64,000 nucleotides of DNA from Tubiluchus corallicola (Eukaryota > Animalia > Priapulida). The position numbers and the translations under genes are program-made. The notes under the pieces were generated by a model. That model did no database searches and was not told where the DNA came from. It saw only the letters and a program-made list of their open reading frames with translations. Location: NCBI GenBank assembly GCA_030141605.1, contig JAQGDQ010000558.1, positions 1-64,000 on the forward strand, in the 5' to 3' direction. Positions 1 through 13,724 of the stretch are shown in pieces; position 1 is the first letter of the stretch, and every line of letters starts with the position of its first letter.

Positions 1-268
1 TTCTGCGCCATCTCAACATCCTCATCTCCACCACACCCATTTTCTTCTCTTCGGTCTTCTCTAGAGAAGCTGCTTCCAGCCCATAGATTAGAGCGGGTCT
101 GACCACTTCTTCATGGACTTTCCCTTTAAGTCTCACTGACTCATTCATAGAAGGTTTTGGCGCAGTTTTTACAGGCGGATGCCCTCCCTGACCTTAACTC
201 TCCCTATTTATCCAGGCTTGGGACTGGCACTGAGTTGGGCTGGCTCACCCCCCCCCCCCCGTGGCTAG
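1..268 (-). mobile_element. Second copy of the twister-headed RTE derivative (cut by the window edge)
   Basis: Reverse complement reads TAGCCACG(G)n...GCCAGTCCCAAGCCTGGATAAATAGGGAGAG...same deletion junction into the RTE ORF. Confidence 0.85.
196..268 (-). ncRNA. Twister ribozyme variant
   Basis: P4 CCAG/CUGG pairing retained; GAGGG changed to GAGAG, weakening the pseudoknot. Confidence 0.65.
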
Positions 269-772
269 ATTCACAATGCAAATGAATATACCATGTAAAA
301 CGATTCAAGTTGTCTGCTGGGTGAGTTGACACTCTACCAGTTTTTGTCAGTCAACTAAGCCAATTTCAGTTTCAATTTTAGATGGCACTCAGACTGCTCG
401 GATGATTAGCCTAACTAGTGATAATTAGAACAAGAGTTGTGCCTAACACCGGGGTAATCAAGGCTAAGATTAAGACCAGAACAACAGCTTTCAAAATCAA
501 CACGACTACTACTACGCTCATTGAGAACACGAAAGAGTGGCTTCCAGACTTTCAGAAACTTAAGCACGTGGCATAACTTGTAACTAATTAATTATATTAG
601 TAACAATCCTGAGAGGGTGGCTGACCTCGATAACTCATAGTTCTTTCGCCATCCTTTCACCACTAATCAATAATTACTTTTGCACTTTGTAATATTATTG
701 TATGTTGTACAGATTTATAAATCTCTAAGTTATGTATTTTGCTATTTTAAAAATGGTGATAAACCAATAAAC

Positions 773-774
<2 letters not shown>

Positions 775-833
<59 letters not shown>
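775..833. repeat. (CTTA)n microsatellite
   Basis: Seen directly. Confidence 0.95.
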
Positions 834-834
<1 letters not shown>

Positions 835-1789
835 AGTGTCGTCAGTTGAATACAGTTTAAAAATGAGTGAGCCGGCTCTCTACGCTAAACAATCAAAAAT
901 CCTCTTAAATAATTCAGACGGCAATTGGCAGTTTAATACGTAACAAAACGTGCAAAAAACTGCAAGCATTACAGAGCTGTTTCTTAAGAAGTGATCATCA
1001 TACGGTGATTTAAAAGATTCATTTACAAACCATTTAATCACTCTCCTTATGTGTTTACTTATAAAACAAAACCAAAACATTTTGCTATTTTGGTACAAAG
1101 GTTGTTAAAGTGGCCGGAATTTTAAGGATCTAATGATTCACATAACAAAGTTCAAACAAGTAAAAATTTAATGCGTTTACAAACAGATTTAAGAACTTTT
1201 TAACAATTTTACACGGGATGTTTAAGTAATTTAGAACTTTAAACATTGTAAGAACTCTAATTTTTTAAATTCAACAAAATTTTTGATGTATATACGTTGT
1301 TACGATACGTTTTAACAACGTATAACCTAACAGCAAAAATTTTGTTGTTACGTTGTGTTGTTAAACGCTATACGTTGTTAAAACGTATTGTAACAACGTA
1401 TAGTCATTTATTAAAACGTATAAATTCAATTTATTTAATGCAGCCTTCAACTTACATGCATTCTACACAATATGATGGATGATCGATGTACTTAAAAGTG
1501 CATAACATAGTATTCGACCTGAAGGCATGCAGTCACACACATTAAAATTATTGCTTTATAACTGAAGTTCTTGGTTCTGGTTGCTGCAATGCTAGTTTTA
1601 TAGACGCAACAAAACACGGACAGTGAAAAAGCAAAAATATATTAAAATGGTGGCATTTCCACTGTAGATGCAAACATAATTAGAGTAAGTTGGAACTGTG
1701 TGTGTATAGAAAAATATATGACTTTAAACGAAATAAAAGTGTAAAACTACTTCTGTATTATTGTGGTGCTAGGAGACTAGATGATAGTC

Positions 1790-1947
1790 CAAAGGGCAGG
1801 AGACTAGATGATAGTCCAAAGGGCAGGAGACTAGATGACCCTATGGTCCTTCCCTGCCCTGCTCCATGATTATAATTACTTAATATTTAGAAAACTTTTG
1901 ATGTTAACCTAATTGGATAAAATAAATGTTCTATGTCTATGTCTATG
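1790..1947 (+). mobile_element. Short retroelement 3' end with (CTATGT)n tail; paralog at 51861-51995
   Basis: Near-identical sequence at both sites, AATAAA followed by simple-repeat tail. Confidence 0.65.
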
Positions 1948-2302
1948 CCATAGCAGCAAATTTTTGGATTCACAGACATACATAAATTGGGATTTTTAGG
2001 AAGTCAAAATTCCAAATCACTTGTTAAAAATGTTGTAATTTATGAATGGCTCAGATGGTGTTTAAGGATAAAGTATAACTGTACTCTCTGCTTTAATTTT
2101 AATGTAAAATGAAAAATCTGAAAAGCATTTCATGAATGTGTAACCAACCACATGTAACATACATGACATGTACAATTAAACTTCATAGTAAGAATCTGAA
2201 ATTCAACCAACTTCCAACTTAAATAATGCAAGAAAAAATAGCATGAAAATGCTGGAATATTTTGCAAAATTGCCTGAAATTGCAAACTAATGTAACAAAA
2301 TA

Positions 2303-2778
2303 CCATATATACTTATGTACAAGTCGATGTGCATTTTAAGACCAAAAATTGCATGATTTTATATGCTACCTGTGTGCAAGTCGACCATAAAATATTAAGA
2401 TCTTCCAGAGTAAATGATGTCAACAATGGCCGAGTAATAAATCCATAGCCTACTGTGTTAGTGTGTAAGATACGTGCAAGTGCCTGGGCTGAGTATATTA
2501 TACCTACCCGATGTATATATACTCATGTTGAGGGCCCTCAATGCAATCCATGATAATGCAGCCTGGCCTTTCACCGCGCATAATTGTTTGTAATGCAAAG
2601 TATCACACTATGAGTGTTCATTCAGTCCAGCGTATAATGAAGGATTATTTACATATACGTATTGTAGACGACTCTTTAGCGACATCTCCCAAAAACATAT
2701 GGTAAGTATAAGTCGACCCCAAAAATTTCACCTTAGAATCGCCTCCCAAAAATTCGACTTGTACATAAGTATATACGG
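2303..2778. mobile_element. Tc1/mariner (pogo-like) MITE
   Basis: TIR CCRTATATACTTATGTACAAGTCGA flanked by TA. Confidence 0.85.
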
Positions 2779-2914
2779 TACTTAACTAATTATTAAGTAA
2801 TTAATTACTACTTTATTAATTAATGTAATTTACGCAATTAGATGACTTAATTAAATTGAATATTGCAGTATTCATGTATAAATGCAATAATAGACTATTT
2901 CCTAAGTTTTTTTG

Positions 2915-3500
2915 CAATTCCTGTCAAATTGACATCTAAGAGACATAATACAAGATATAATCAATACATTGTGCCCTTCTGTAGAACCAACATAGCTAAA
3001 CATTTTATAATATATCAAGGACCAAAAGTCTGGAATGAGATTTGTCAATCCGCAAAAAAATAGCAGATCTATTACTAGATTTAAAAAAATGCTAAAAAAT
3101 CAAATTTTAAGTAAGTATCAGTGAGTAATCAAAATTTCTATCAGTATCCATCCTCACAGTAGTTGCAAAACAGTGTTGTTAGCTTAATCAAGTTATCTTA
3201 ATTTTACATACTATTAACAAATAATAGTCTTTCTATCTTTTATATCATCTCATATATGAGCTTCATTCATTACATCATTCCATTTTAAGCACTAATGTTT
3301 TTTTATCACACGATTCACTTTAAATTTTCAGATTATTTCCATTACTTTTTTTTCTTTCACTGTGTGGGACAATCTAATCTAACAAGTCCTGCTTTTTGAT
3401 TGCCTGCGACACATTTACCTTCGTGTATAAGTGAACAGTGTTTGAGGCTTTTCCTGCGCAGTTACTGTATTTCTTATTTGTATTATATGTAATATGAGAA
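2915..3500 (+). mobile_element. CR1/L2 3' end
   Basis: HNTRY...CRTNIAKHFIIYQGPKVWNEI; 3'UTR shared with about 39180-39470. Confidence 0.75.
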
Positions 3501-3569
3501 ACATTCAATGTAAAAAACCTTAACGTTACGGAGAGAAGTTAAAAATCTCCGAGAAAAGGCTTCACTCAC

Positions 3570-6500
3570 CTGAATTTTCCTCCAGTTCTTGAAGAATGGA
3601 AGTCTGGACATGAGCAGCTGATTGTTCAAAATTTCCAGTTCTCTCGTCCCGAGATAGATGCCAATCGTCCGTTCCGGGATGAGCACTTGCGACAGGTTTA
3701 TAGACGGATTATCACGAATGGTATCCAGGAATGCAGGAGACAAAATGACTAGATGGACGATGGAGTTGCTGAAAATGTCTTGAACGTCTTCATTCTGTAG
3801 TTCGTTACCTACAGGTTGCTTATAAACCTAAGAAAACAAGAAAAAAGTATTATTGAGTAGTCGTCGGCTTTCTGTTAAAATGGTACAAAGTATTATTGAG
3901 TAGTCGTCGGTTTTCTGTTAAAATGGTGCAAAGTATTGTTGAGTAGTCGTCAACTTTCTGTTAAAATGGTACAAAGTATTATTGAGTAGTCGTCGGCTTT
4001 CTGTTAAAGTGGTACAAAGCATTATTGAGTAGTCGTCAACTTTCTGTTAAAATGGTACAAAGTATTATTGAGTAGTCGTCGGCTTTCTGTTAAAATGGTA
4101 CAAAGTATTATTGAGTAGCCGTCGGCTTTCTGTTAAAGTGGTACAAAGCATTATTGAGTAGTCGTCAGCTTTCTGTTAAAATGGTACAAAGTATTAGGCT
4201 TTCTGTTAAAATGGTGCAAAGTATTATTGAGTAGTCGTCGGCTTTCCGTTAAAACGGTACAAAGTATTATTGAGTAGTCGTCGGCTTTCTGTTAAAACGG
4301 TACAAAGTATTATTGAGTAGTCGTCGGCTTTCTGTTAAAACGGTACCAAGTATTATTGAGTAGTCGTCGGCTTTCTGTTAAAGTGGTACGAAGTATTATT
4401 GAGTAGTCGTCGGCTTTCTGTTAAAGTGGTACAAAGTATTATTGAGTAGTCGTCGGCTTTCTGTTAAAATGGTACAAAGTATTATTGAGTAGTCGTCGGC
4501 TTTCTGTTAAAATGGTACAAAATCATAAGATTTATGCAGTTTTTTCAGAATGAATTGTAAGAATAGTGGACAGTGGACAGTTTTAAAGCCACGCAAAATG
4601 AACTTACGACAAACTTTTTGCATGTGTATTATACAGTGGACAGTTTTAAAGCCACGCAAAATGAATTTACGACAAACTTTTTGTATCTGTATTATATCTT
4701 TATATTTGTTATATGTAGATGTATTATATATATATGGGAAATTCTCCTTTCCCCAAACAACTTGTTTCTTAAAGCTTTCTTAATGAAACAAATGATTTCA
4801 AAGTGATATCAAAACTAGGTTAACTACATGTGCTGTTTCTATGATGAACAATGAACTCTAACACAAAGTTTTCCTGTGTTTACTCTCCCGATTCGGAAGG
4901 AATAGTCCCACCAAAATATCATAAACTTTCTTTTTCAATTTACTCACATTTATTCGCTCATTGAAGATGAACTGACACGTAATTTACGTAAAAAAAAATA
5001 TTTCTTATCCTGCTCAATGCATAAATACTGTCGTTCATGGCACACAGCGGTAGGCAGAACTTTCCTATTGATCATGGCTATATAATTTTACTGCTTACAC
5101 TCATGTATAAAATGTAAATATTTGTTCTTGTGCCTAATGAATAATAGTTAAGTAATAGTTAATTGCTGACCAGACGGTTTAGTCTAGTGGTAATGCGTCT
5201 GCTTTCCGTCTGGGAGGTCGTGAGTTCGAACCAGCGGCCGGGTCATACCAAAGACTTTAAAAATGGTACCTGCTGTTGCCCTGCCTGATGCGTGGTATTT
5301 AGGGTAAAAGTGGGGTAATAATAGTCTCTGTTATGCAGTTGAAGGTTGTTATTTACAGTCGGCGATAATAGCTCTTTGAGCTAATGTTAATTGTCAACCC
5401 AAAAGCCGACTTTAAATAAAGATTATTATTATTATTATTATTATTATTGTTAATACTTAAATGCATAAGAAAATGATTTATGATGCCAGCAGCACATTAA
5501 TATATATTGTTTTGATGTATTTAGGCAATAGTCAATTACTGATCTAATATCATCAGAAGAGGATAATTACAAACATATTAATAATTACCCTAATAACCAC
5601 AAATTCCACCAATTTTTGATACTTTATAAATCAGAATAACAAATTTTGATACTTTGACATTTCCAAAAAAAATGATATTGACATGGAAGTATTGATACGC
5701 ACGACTGATTGCAAGCATTCTTGATATTAATCAGGGATGAGAATGACAAATTGCAAAAAACTCCGAAACAGGCCTGGGGTTTTGGGGCCACCTAGGCGAA
5801 GCCCCCTTGGAGCCAGCAACAAATTGCAATTTTGTGACCATAGAGAACCTCTAATTGGACTTACAATATCAATTACCTTGTTTCATGCATAATTTAAAAT
5901 ACCCAACTATCAAGGATACATGATACCTAATTGTCTCAAAAACGCCTAAGTACTGACCGCTCCTATGCAAAAGTATATAAAAACTGTCTGCATTTGACTC
6001 AAACAACTCCGCACAATTGATTCTACATTTTTATACATAGAGATATACACGTGGTTACACTGATGTACGTGATGTAAACAAAGTGACGGCCTGCCAACTA
6101 GCGGTCAGCTTGTGAAATAAGGTACTGGGTCCGTAAAACTTTTATCAACGAATTTACGCGATTTTCAAAAATGGCACTACTGGCCTTCCAAAAACTCGGA
6201 ATTCCGCGTATATCCCTGTATTCATACACAATTGGTGATTACTCTTGTAAGGTGTAGTGCGTACCTTAAATTGCGTAACAGGGTTATCAAATGTTTCAAA
6301 CAGATACGTCTGCCATTGTTCTCCATCAACAGGTGAATAAAGCATTGTTAGGTCGTACGACATGTTGCCAGGCATCAGTGACTCTACAAAACATTAAAAA
6401 ATGAATGCTCTTATCAATTATTAAACTTTAGCAGGTAGATCATGAAATTTAACACCTGTAATACCGTAAAGATATTCCTGAAAGGTAGGGTAAATGAATA

Positions 6501-9500
6501 TACAAGGATGACAACCATCTTTGGAAAACAGGCCTTTTTTAAATTAGAAATTTGTAAGATCTTCATCGAAGTGCCAACATTTGATTACATGGATTTCTGT
6601 TTCAAAGTGGAGAAGCCAATTTAATTGTAGATTTGCTAAAGTTAATTACTTGAAGTCTTGCACATTTCATTCTCTAGTTGTGAAACTTAATCAATTCACC
6701 TTTATGTTAACACATTTAAAACTCCTGCAAGGCTTTAAACATGATAATATTGATGCCAGAAGAAACAAAATCAAAGTAAAATTGCGGATTAGAAACTACC
6801 ACACAAAGTTTACAAATTCTTAATAGAAAGAAGAAATATCGGTAAATATCAGTAAAATAAATTAATATATCAGCAAATATAATAAGCACGTGAACATTTT
6901 AATGTAAAAAAATATAAAAAATTCTTTTATGATAGGCTATTTGTAAAAACTACCACATGTTTCTTAAAACAGCTATTATCGTACTGAGATTAATTTTGAA
7001 ATTTCTGGTTTAAAGTCACAAGACAATGACAAACAGATCCACGTTAAATTGAAAAATGAAACAGTCTAGCATAGAAAGGCGCTAAATAAAAATACTCATT
7101 ACGTGACACACCGGCATTACTGCACTACGCGTCTACCACACGCTCATGTCCCTTATCACAATGTTTTGTTTAAAACAACAATAAACAATATTACACATTA
7201 TTATAGACGGACTTTATCTAATCATAATCTGAATAATTCCAAACAAACAAAACTTCAACTTGCACTAGTATAAATGTGCAAAATACTATAGTCACAGTGC
7301 AGAGAAATGTGATCAAGAGGAAATACAGGAAAAGGAGTTCATATTGAACCAGGATATGGATGTTATATGAGGTTACCCCAATTCCTTGACGGAGGAAATG
7401 GCATGTAACAGTTATCAAACAAGAGTAACGACGATTGCAAATGGTTCAAAATGCCTGGCGATAGTATTTTAGACTCAAAATGATGACCTGCTAATAGCTA
7501 GGCTTTAATCTTTTACAACAGAAACAGGTAGCTACAAAAGTGCAGTAAAAAACTGAATCAGGCAGAAATAACAAGAATAGTAGAAAAATTAAACCTTCAG
7601 AAAAGAGAAAAAGGGTCACAGTTAGAAGAGGGGGTAAACTGCAAGGCAGCACTTTTGAGAGGGCGGCATTTTGATGAAGTGCATCGAAAATGTTCAGTCT
7701 GTTGGAACAGTAGAAAGGCAAACCACCTGATGGTTTAATGATCCACGAAAATTTTTTGTATCCCGCCCATTGCAACACTTGATGATGATAATTAGTAATT
7801 TAATATCGCTGCAAAAATATTTGTAACGTAGTTTGTCTTTGCTCTGCTTCTACGTGGTACCCAGTTTGAGTTAGCTGTTAAATCTATCTATCTTTATTCA
7901 TTTATTTATCACCTTTTTTACAAGAAAAACACAGAGCATGAAATGATAGTGTGATACAAAGTGACAAGATTATTAAATGAGTAAATTATCTGAGTTAATG
8001 ATATTCAAGTGATTGGTGAAAGGGTGGTGAAAAACTAAAAGTTACCAAAGTCAACCACCTTGTAAGTAATGTTGCTATTAGAAACATGCGCAATTATCTT
8101 GACGAAGATTTCAGAATAAGGTGTGTAAAACTATTGAGATTAAGTTTAAATTTGAACATAAATTTGAACATATTTGAACATGAACATAAATTTGAACATT
8201 GAACATGGACATAAAGGCATAATAAATACATATAATGTTGATATTCTAAGCGATATTCTAAATGCATTTATAATCACATACTCTTGTAACTCTAAGCTTA
8301 TCACACATTATTTACATAAAATTTTGTACGCTTTACACAAGTACCTATCACTGGCCTTTGGTTTCTAGAACATTGACAACATTGTAGGTATTTGCATAAC
8401 ATAATTTATGACTTTTTGAGTACCTCAGTCGGAATTTCAATATAAATATTTTCGTTTGGCATAATTAATTGTAGATCTATTAACTAATTTACGAACATTA
8501 ATCTCAACTTTATCTTTGGAATGTTTTCACAACAAAAAAACTTTCATTTGACTTTAATCAACTGGTGCATTGCTCGAAATTCTACGTTAAACACAGTGGC
8601 ATTTTAGAAGTTACTTCAGAATTATCTCTAAGTATCATTACAGTGCTTTCCTGAGTTAACATTTGAAGAACATTGCATTAACATCCTCCACCTGTTATGA
8701 AATGTTTTGAAATGTATAGGTTAAAAGTTGAAATGCATAGTTTTGAAATGTATAGGTTAAAAGTTGAAATGCATAGTTTTGAAATGTATAGGTTAAATTT
8801 ATTTTTTTTACAAAGAACTTTTTATTTTTTCACTAATACTTCATGACTTTTTATCAATTTATTGCCGCAACTTATTGCAAGTGCGAGGCAAACACTGCAA
8901 ACTTTTACAGATTTAAAATTTCCCTACATAAACATTTTCATGGGTTGTGGCATCAAAAATACATTGATTCAAATTGATAATTTGGCAAAAAGGCCCTGCC
9001 AAGACTTTGAGAGCACCTTGGGACAGTTCAACTGAACATCTTTACCGAGGTTATCAAAATAATCAGAATTATGACAGCAGCAAAATTAAATGGCACAAAT
9101 GATGGTATATAAACATGGTCTTCTACTACCTGTCCTATCCCTTAGTTAGAAAGATATTAAAATGAATATTATAATTTTATATGGCATATTTTAATTGTAA
9201 CATGTCAAACTTTGCTAGATAATGTTTATAGTAACCACTCAGTGTGATCCAACAAGATCAGGCCTAATATTTAGTAAGATTAATCTAGTAACAAATGTTT
9301 TGCTAACACACTACAAATGATTACTAAGCTGCTTAATCTAAAGTTACAATTTATCTATGTATTAATATATTAATTAGGTTCTTTGTCAAGTAAATCCAAA
9401 AAAATACTAAAAATTCTTTCTCAAGTCAAAGAGCTGATGAACACGTATGCATAATTGTGTAAGTTACACAATAATGCAGAATACTACAGAGGGCATTGCT

Positions 9501-9956
9501 TTGTTTGAACAAATTACTCTTTTCCACAAATTTACCTTTATGAAACCGAAACACCTCCTCCAAACCACAGTCTTCGTGCACGACTATGGCTTCAAACATT
9601 TCATCATGACTAGCACCCATATCTAATGCTGAAAGCACGCTCGACAAGAAACCAACACGCAGTTCAACAACTGCATAGGGACTGTCAGAAGGCGGATATG
9701 ACTGCCTATATGCTTTCCTCACTTCTGTATTTCTAACAAACATGCTGGCTCTAGTGTCACGATCGTCCTCAACGTACCACACTGCGGGAGCACTAGCACG
9801 TCGCGATCGTTTGCGCTTCCAGTTCAAACCAAACGGTAAACAAATCCACTTTTTTATTACAGACATACGGCAAACAAGCTGATTGCCGTTATGCAAACTC
9901 GACTGCTTTACATTGTACCGCTCAAAGTTTAAATCTGGAGATGACATTAAAACCAT
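3570..9956 (-). CDS. PIK3AP1: BCAP/PIK3AP1/BANK1/Dof-like adaptor, 5' exons (N-terminal TIR-like domain); gene continues beyond the window's left edge
   Basis: Exons 9956-9536 (phase 1, start uncertain), 6383-6265 (DLTMLYSPVDGEQWQTYLFETF, resembling BCAP DILIVYSPDAEEWCQYLQTLF) and 3827-3570 (HLVILSPAFL...LIPERTIGIYLG...FFKNWRKI); GT-AG junctions, frames join. Symbol is a family-level recognition. Confidence 0.75.
3844..4520. repeat. 43-bp minisatellite, about 16 copies
   Basis: AAAGTATTATTGAGTAGTCGTCGGCTTTCTGTTAAAATGGTAC repeated head to tail. Confidence 0.95.
5168..5447 (+). mobile_element. tRNA-headed SINE with a Meta-like central domain and (ATT)n tail
   Basis: A box TAGTCTAGTGG, B box GAGTTCGAACC, GGTCATACCAAAGACTTTAAAAATGGTACC core, AATAAA plus (ATT)n; paralog at 22931. 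Confidence 0.88.
5732..6218. mobile_element. MITE with CAGGGATGAGAAT termini (right TIR partly deleted)
   Basis: Paralog of 33992-34761; flanks TATTAAT/TATTCAT. Confidence 0.8.
7367..8250 (+). repeat. ~900-bp dispersed composite repeat; inverted copy at 50509-51426
   Basis: High-identity reverse-complement match along its length. Confidence 0.88.
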
Positions 9957-11225
9957 ATCAATATCAAATGTATCGTTCACAAAACTAACAATACAGCCGT
10001 TGGACTACAAAGCCAAAAATGTAAAAAAAAATCAAAACAAATAAGAGAGAGCGCCACTGAAAATAAAAATATTTTAAAAAACTGATTATTTTTTCTCACT
10101 TTTCACAACTACCAGTAACACAGCAAGACAGTGGTCAGAGCCCAGGTAATACTACCCTAGTACTTTACTAGATGTGACCAAAATTTCAATCACAGTTTTG
10201 CTTATATACAAAATATTTATTGCTGTGCCAGCACATTCTTTAGTAATGATAAATAATTCATAACCACACTACAAGCTGTAAAATCATTTACGTCACTCTG
10301 TTGGTCGCAAAAGAGCAGCCGATGCACGTAAATCCCCAAAGTGTCACGGTAAAATAACCTTCAGATTGTACACACTGCAACATTCAGGGAAGACATCAAC
10401 AAGTTAGTCACAGTTTTACGCACTTCTAAAGTAAATTTACTAATGAATTCAAACCAGATAGCATGAACATAAAACGATAAAAATTTAAAACTACGCTTAC
10501 ACTATTTTGAGTACTAAGAGAAACTATAACGTTGTGTTTTGCAACTTATGAAGTGAAAGGAAGTTTTCGCAAATACGCAGAAGTTACAAAGTATTCACAA
10601 AATGCCAGGTACGTTAGTAAGACAAATATTAAACTTCTTCTTCTTGCAACTTTGTAATGTAATGGTTCCAATGTAGATCAAGGAATTCTCGGATTCAACA
10701 AAGACGATAAGGTCAAGCGCAGCTTCGACCATCCAAACTGGACGAGGTCAGTTTTCAACAGTTTGTGTTGGTAGTTTTTCGCAAGTTCTTTTTTTTTGTT
10801 TGGTTTTAACTGAATACAGCAAGTCCTCACTTAGCGACGCAAGTGCGTTCCAGCAAAATGCGGCGTTAAGCGAAGCGTCGTTAAACGAGGCCAAAACTTT
10901 CATAGAACGTTATTAGGCCTTGCAACTTTGCACACATAATTCTGTTTAACTCTTCAACATTTTGTAGAAAATATTGACATTCACAAACCATTTTGTACGT
11001 CTGGTTTGAGACAAAATAAATTCCAATATTATCTTTGAGCAAATTCAAACTGTTATATTTTCCACTCGCTACCGTCAACACTGACAGAAAAATAATTACC
11101 AATTTCTACTGAGAAAAGGTCATTTCACTGTGCAACTTATACTCACAAAAACATTAATACTAAGATTAGCATTATACGAAACTCAGGAAAAGCAAAAGAT
11201 TCTTATCTAAATAAACCATCTATCG

Positions 11226-11532
11226 CAGTGGTTCCCAAAGTAGGGGTAAATTACCCCCCGGGTAATATGGTTTTTTTGGGGGGTAACGGGCACCCCTCTG
11301 AAAATTTTTAAAACTTCGCTCGGAATGCACTTTACGTAGTTTTCTTCTTGAAGAGACACAACAACACCTGGAAATTTATTTATGTCACGAGCAAACATAA
11401 ATAATTTTGCTTGCTTGTGGCATATACGTGTGTTTACTTTTTGAGTTGGAGAAGTAGTACTAGGTGGGGGGTAATGGACACGACCGGGTTTCCCGATTTG
11501 GGTAACGGTCCGAGAAAGTTTGGGAACCACTG
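11226..11532. mobile_element. hAT MITE
   Basis: TIR CAGTGGTTCCCAAA; perfect 8-bp TSD ATCTATCG. Confidence 0.92.
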
Positions 11533-12517
11533 ATCTATCGGAAGTATCCTGACTGGAACTAATATACGTAACTTATATATATATAAAGAATATTAATAAA
11601 GTATAAATATAATATACTAATATTTTTTATTAAAAATCTATTTGTAGTGTGTTAGGTCACAAATTACGAGAAATTATCAAACGCGACCAGTTTTTTTACG
11701 CCATGGTTTTGTTTGCTATGCTTACTGCTTAACCTTTGCGTGTTTGTGCCACTTGTATCACGCAAAACAATTTTATCCAAAGAATTCACTGCAAATATCT
11801 ATAAAACTCAAAATAATAATACAAAATTTTGAAATAGCTATGTTATTTAAATAACTACATTATTAACTGCTTAATAAAATGGATGCTAAAGTTAAATTAT
11901 ACACTAAACGACTTACCCTTTGAAAAATATTTATCCTTTTAGCATAACAAACAACGTGTAATACGCAGACTATCAGTCAGTTTCATATTTCTGCTCACTG
12001 CAATGATAAAAGAATTCCTTTCATTTAGTTACATTAATAGATTAGTCAGCACATATCTTTGTGACGTACATTGTATGTATGTAAGAATACATTCATGAAC
12101 ATTGCATCTTGTCAACAACATGTTGTTTTTGCAGTCCTGACATGCATTATTTATCGCCACGTATTTTTTCCATAACAGCTATAGCTATTTTTAGCCAGCC
12201 TCTTTATTAAAATATAGAATAATTATGCCAGAGTTTCCTAAAAAGGCCTCTCAAAGGAAGATTGCTCATTAGGAACCATTTTTTCTGAAATAATCACAAT
12301 TATCAATTAGCCATTGTCGGTCAATTAGCAACTTCCAGAACTACACTTATATAATCTCCTTTTTCTGGGCAAGACTTTGCAGGCATCCAAACTGATCTCA
12401 ACAAAAACATGCAATGCTATTCTAGCAAATCTTTCATCTACGTTTCAAAAAGAATATTTTCCTGCTCTGCTGAACTTTGATACACCAGCTCTTTTTCAAC
12501 AGCTTGCTTTTCAATTA

Positions 12518-13131
12518 TGTATAGGTTTTACATGTCAAATGTAGACCTGCGTTAACTCAAATGTAGATTTAGGTAATTCAGATGTATCTTAGTAACTCAA
12601 ATGTAGACTTTGGTAGTTCAAATGTGTTAACAATGGTTTTCAAGAAATCTTAAGCGTTTTTGGTAAGTCAAATGTAGACACATGTCAAGTCAAATGTGAC
12701 ATTGGTATCTCAAATGTGGATAGATGGTAAAGCTTAAGGATGTTAAATTTAATCTTCTTTAATTTAAATTTAATAATTGCTCTTGAGTTAAAATAACAAC
12801 ATTATAGGTTTACTAATATTCTGCAAACTTTACATACCATTGGAACTGTTAGAGAAAACAATACATTCTTAAAATAGACAATGTTTCTTGAGAGAAACTA
12901 ATTCATTAATGCAGTGCTAATGCATTACTTTAAAAACTAATTAGTGATTCACTGTTCATTGGGAAATGGGAACCGATTTATTCTTTTCTGTCGACATTTT
13001 TTGTAAAATAAAATTTTTGACAAATAAAATGTAGAATTCTATGTCTACATTTGACTTACCTAGGTCACATTTGAGTTACCAAAACACATTCGAAATTCCT
13101 ATGTCTACATTTGACGTGTAAAACCTATACA
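12518..13131. mobile_element. MITE with ~29-bp TIRs and ~21-bp subterminal repeats
   Basis: TGTATAGGTTTTACAYGTCAAATGTAGAC at both ends; repeated GGTAACTCAAATGTAGAC motifs inside. Confidence 0.8.
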
Positions 13132-13724
13132 ACAATTCAAGTCTAAAACAAAAAAGGAGGCAGTTTCTTTAGCGCTTGTCAACAGGAACATGTAACGAAA
13201 AAACTGAGCAAGGAGCATTAATAACTTTTGTATGAATTGTTTTAGATGTGTCGTCAGTTCGGGTACGCAGTTTCGGGGTGTGGACTTAATACAAATTAGA
13301 AGTGCAAGCGATATCTGCATCCGTACCACTCCAAACCAACAGCTTTGCACTACCAGTAGCAGACCACCTTGCTGGCCTTCAGACTGGGACAATGTTATTC
13401 CCAAAAGTGCACAATAATGGGGCTGATGTTCTCACTAAAAAGTTAAGCCAGCATCGACACAGATACAAAACACAGCCCAATGTTTTCATTAAAAACCTAG
13501 CAAGTACGTTTTTGGCCAAAATTGAGTTATTGGTGTCATGGCATTGCTGCATCTTACTACGAACAATATGATGATCTGAAATTTAAGCAAGTTATTGACA
13601 AATTAAAAACGTTGGTTAGTCACGTTTTGTCGAAATTTTCAAACACCCGGTATGTCCATGGAAGCACCCATTTCACCCAATCACTAGGAGTAGAAGTGTT
13701 GAAATTATGCAATAAGGAACCGTC

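Noticed and set aside
3844-4520. CRISPR-like 43-bp periodicity
   Set aside because: Head-to-tail repeats with no spacers
5168-5240. tRNA gene (also 22931 and about 47745)
   Set aside because: A and B boxes present but no proper acceptor stem; continues into SINE body or is degenerate
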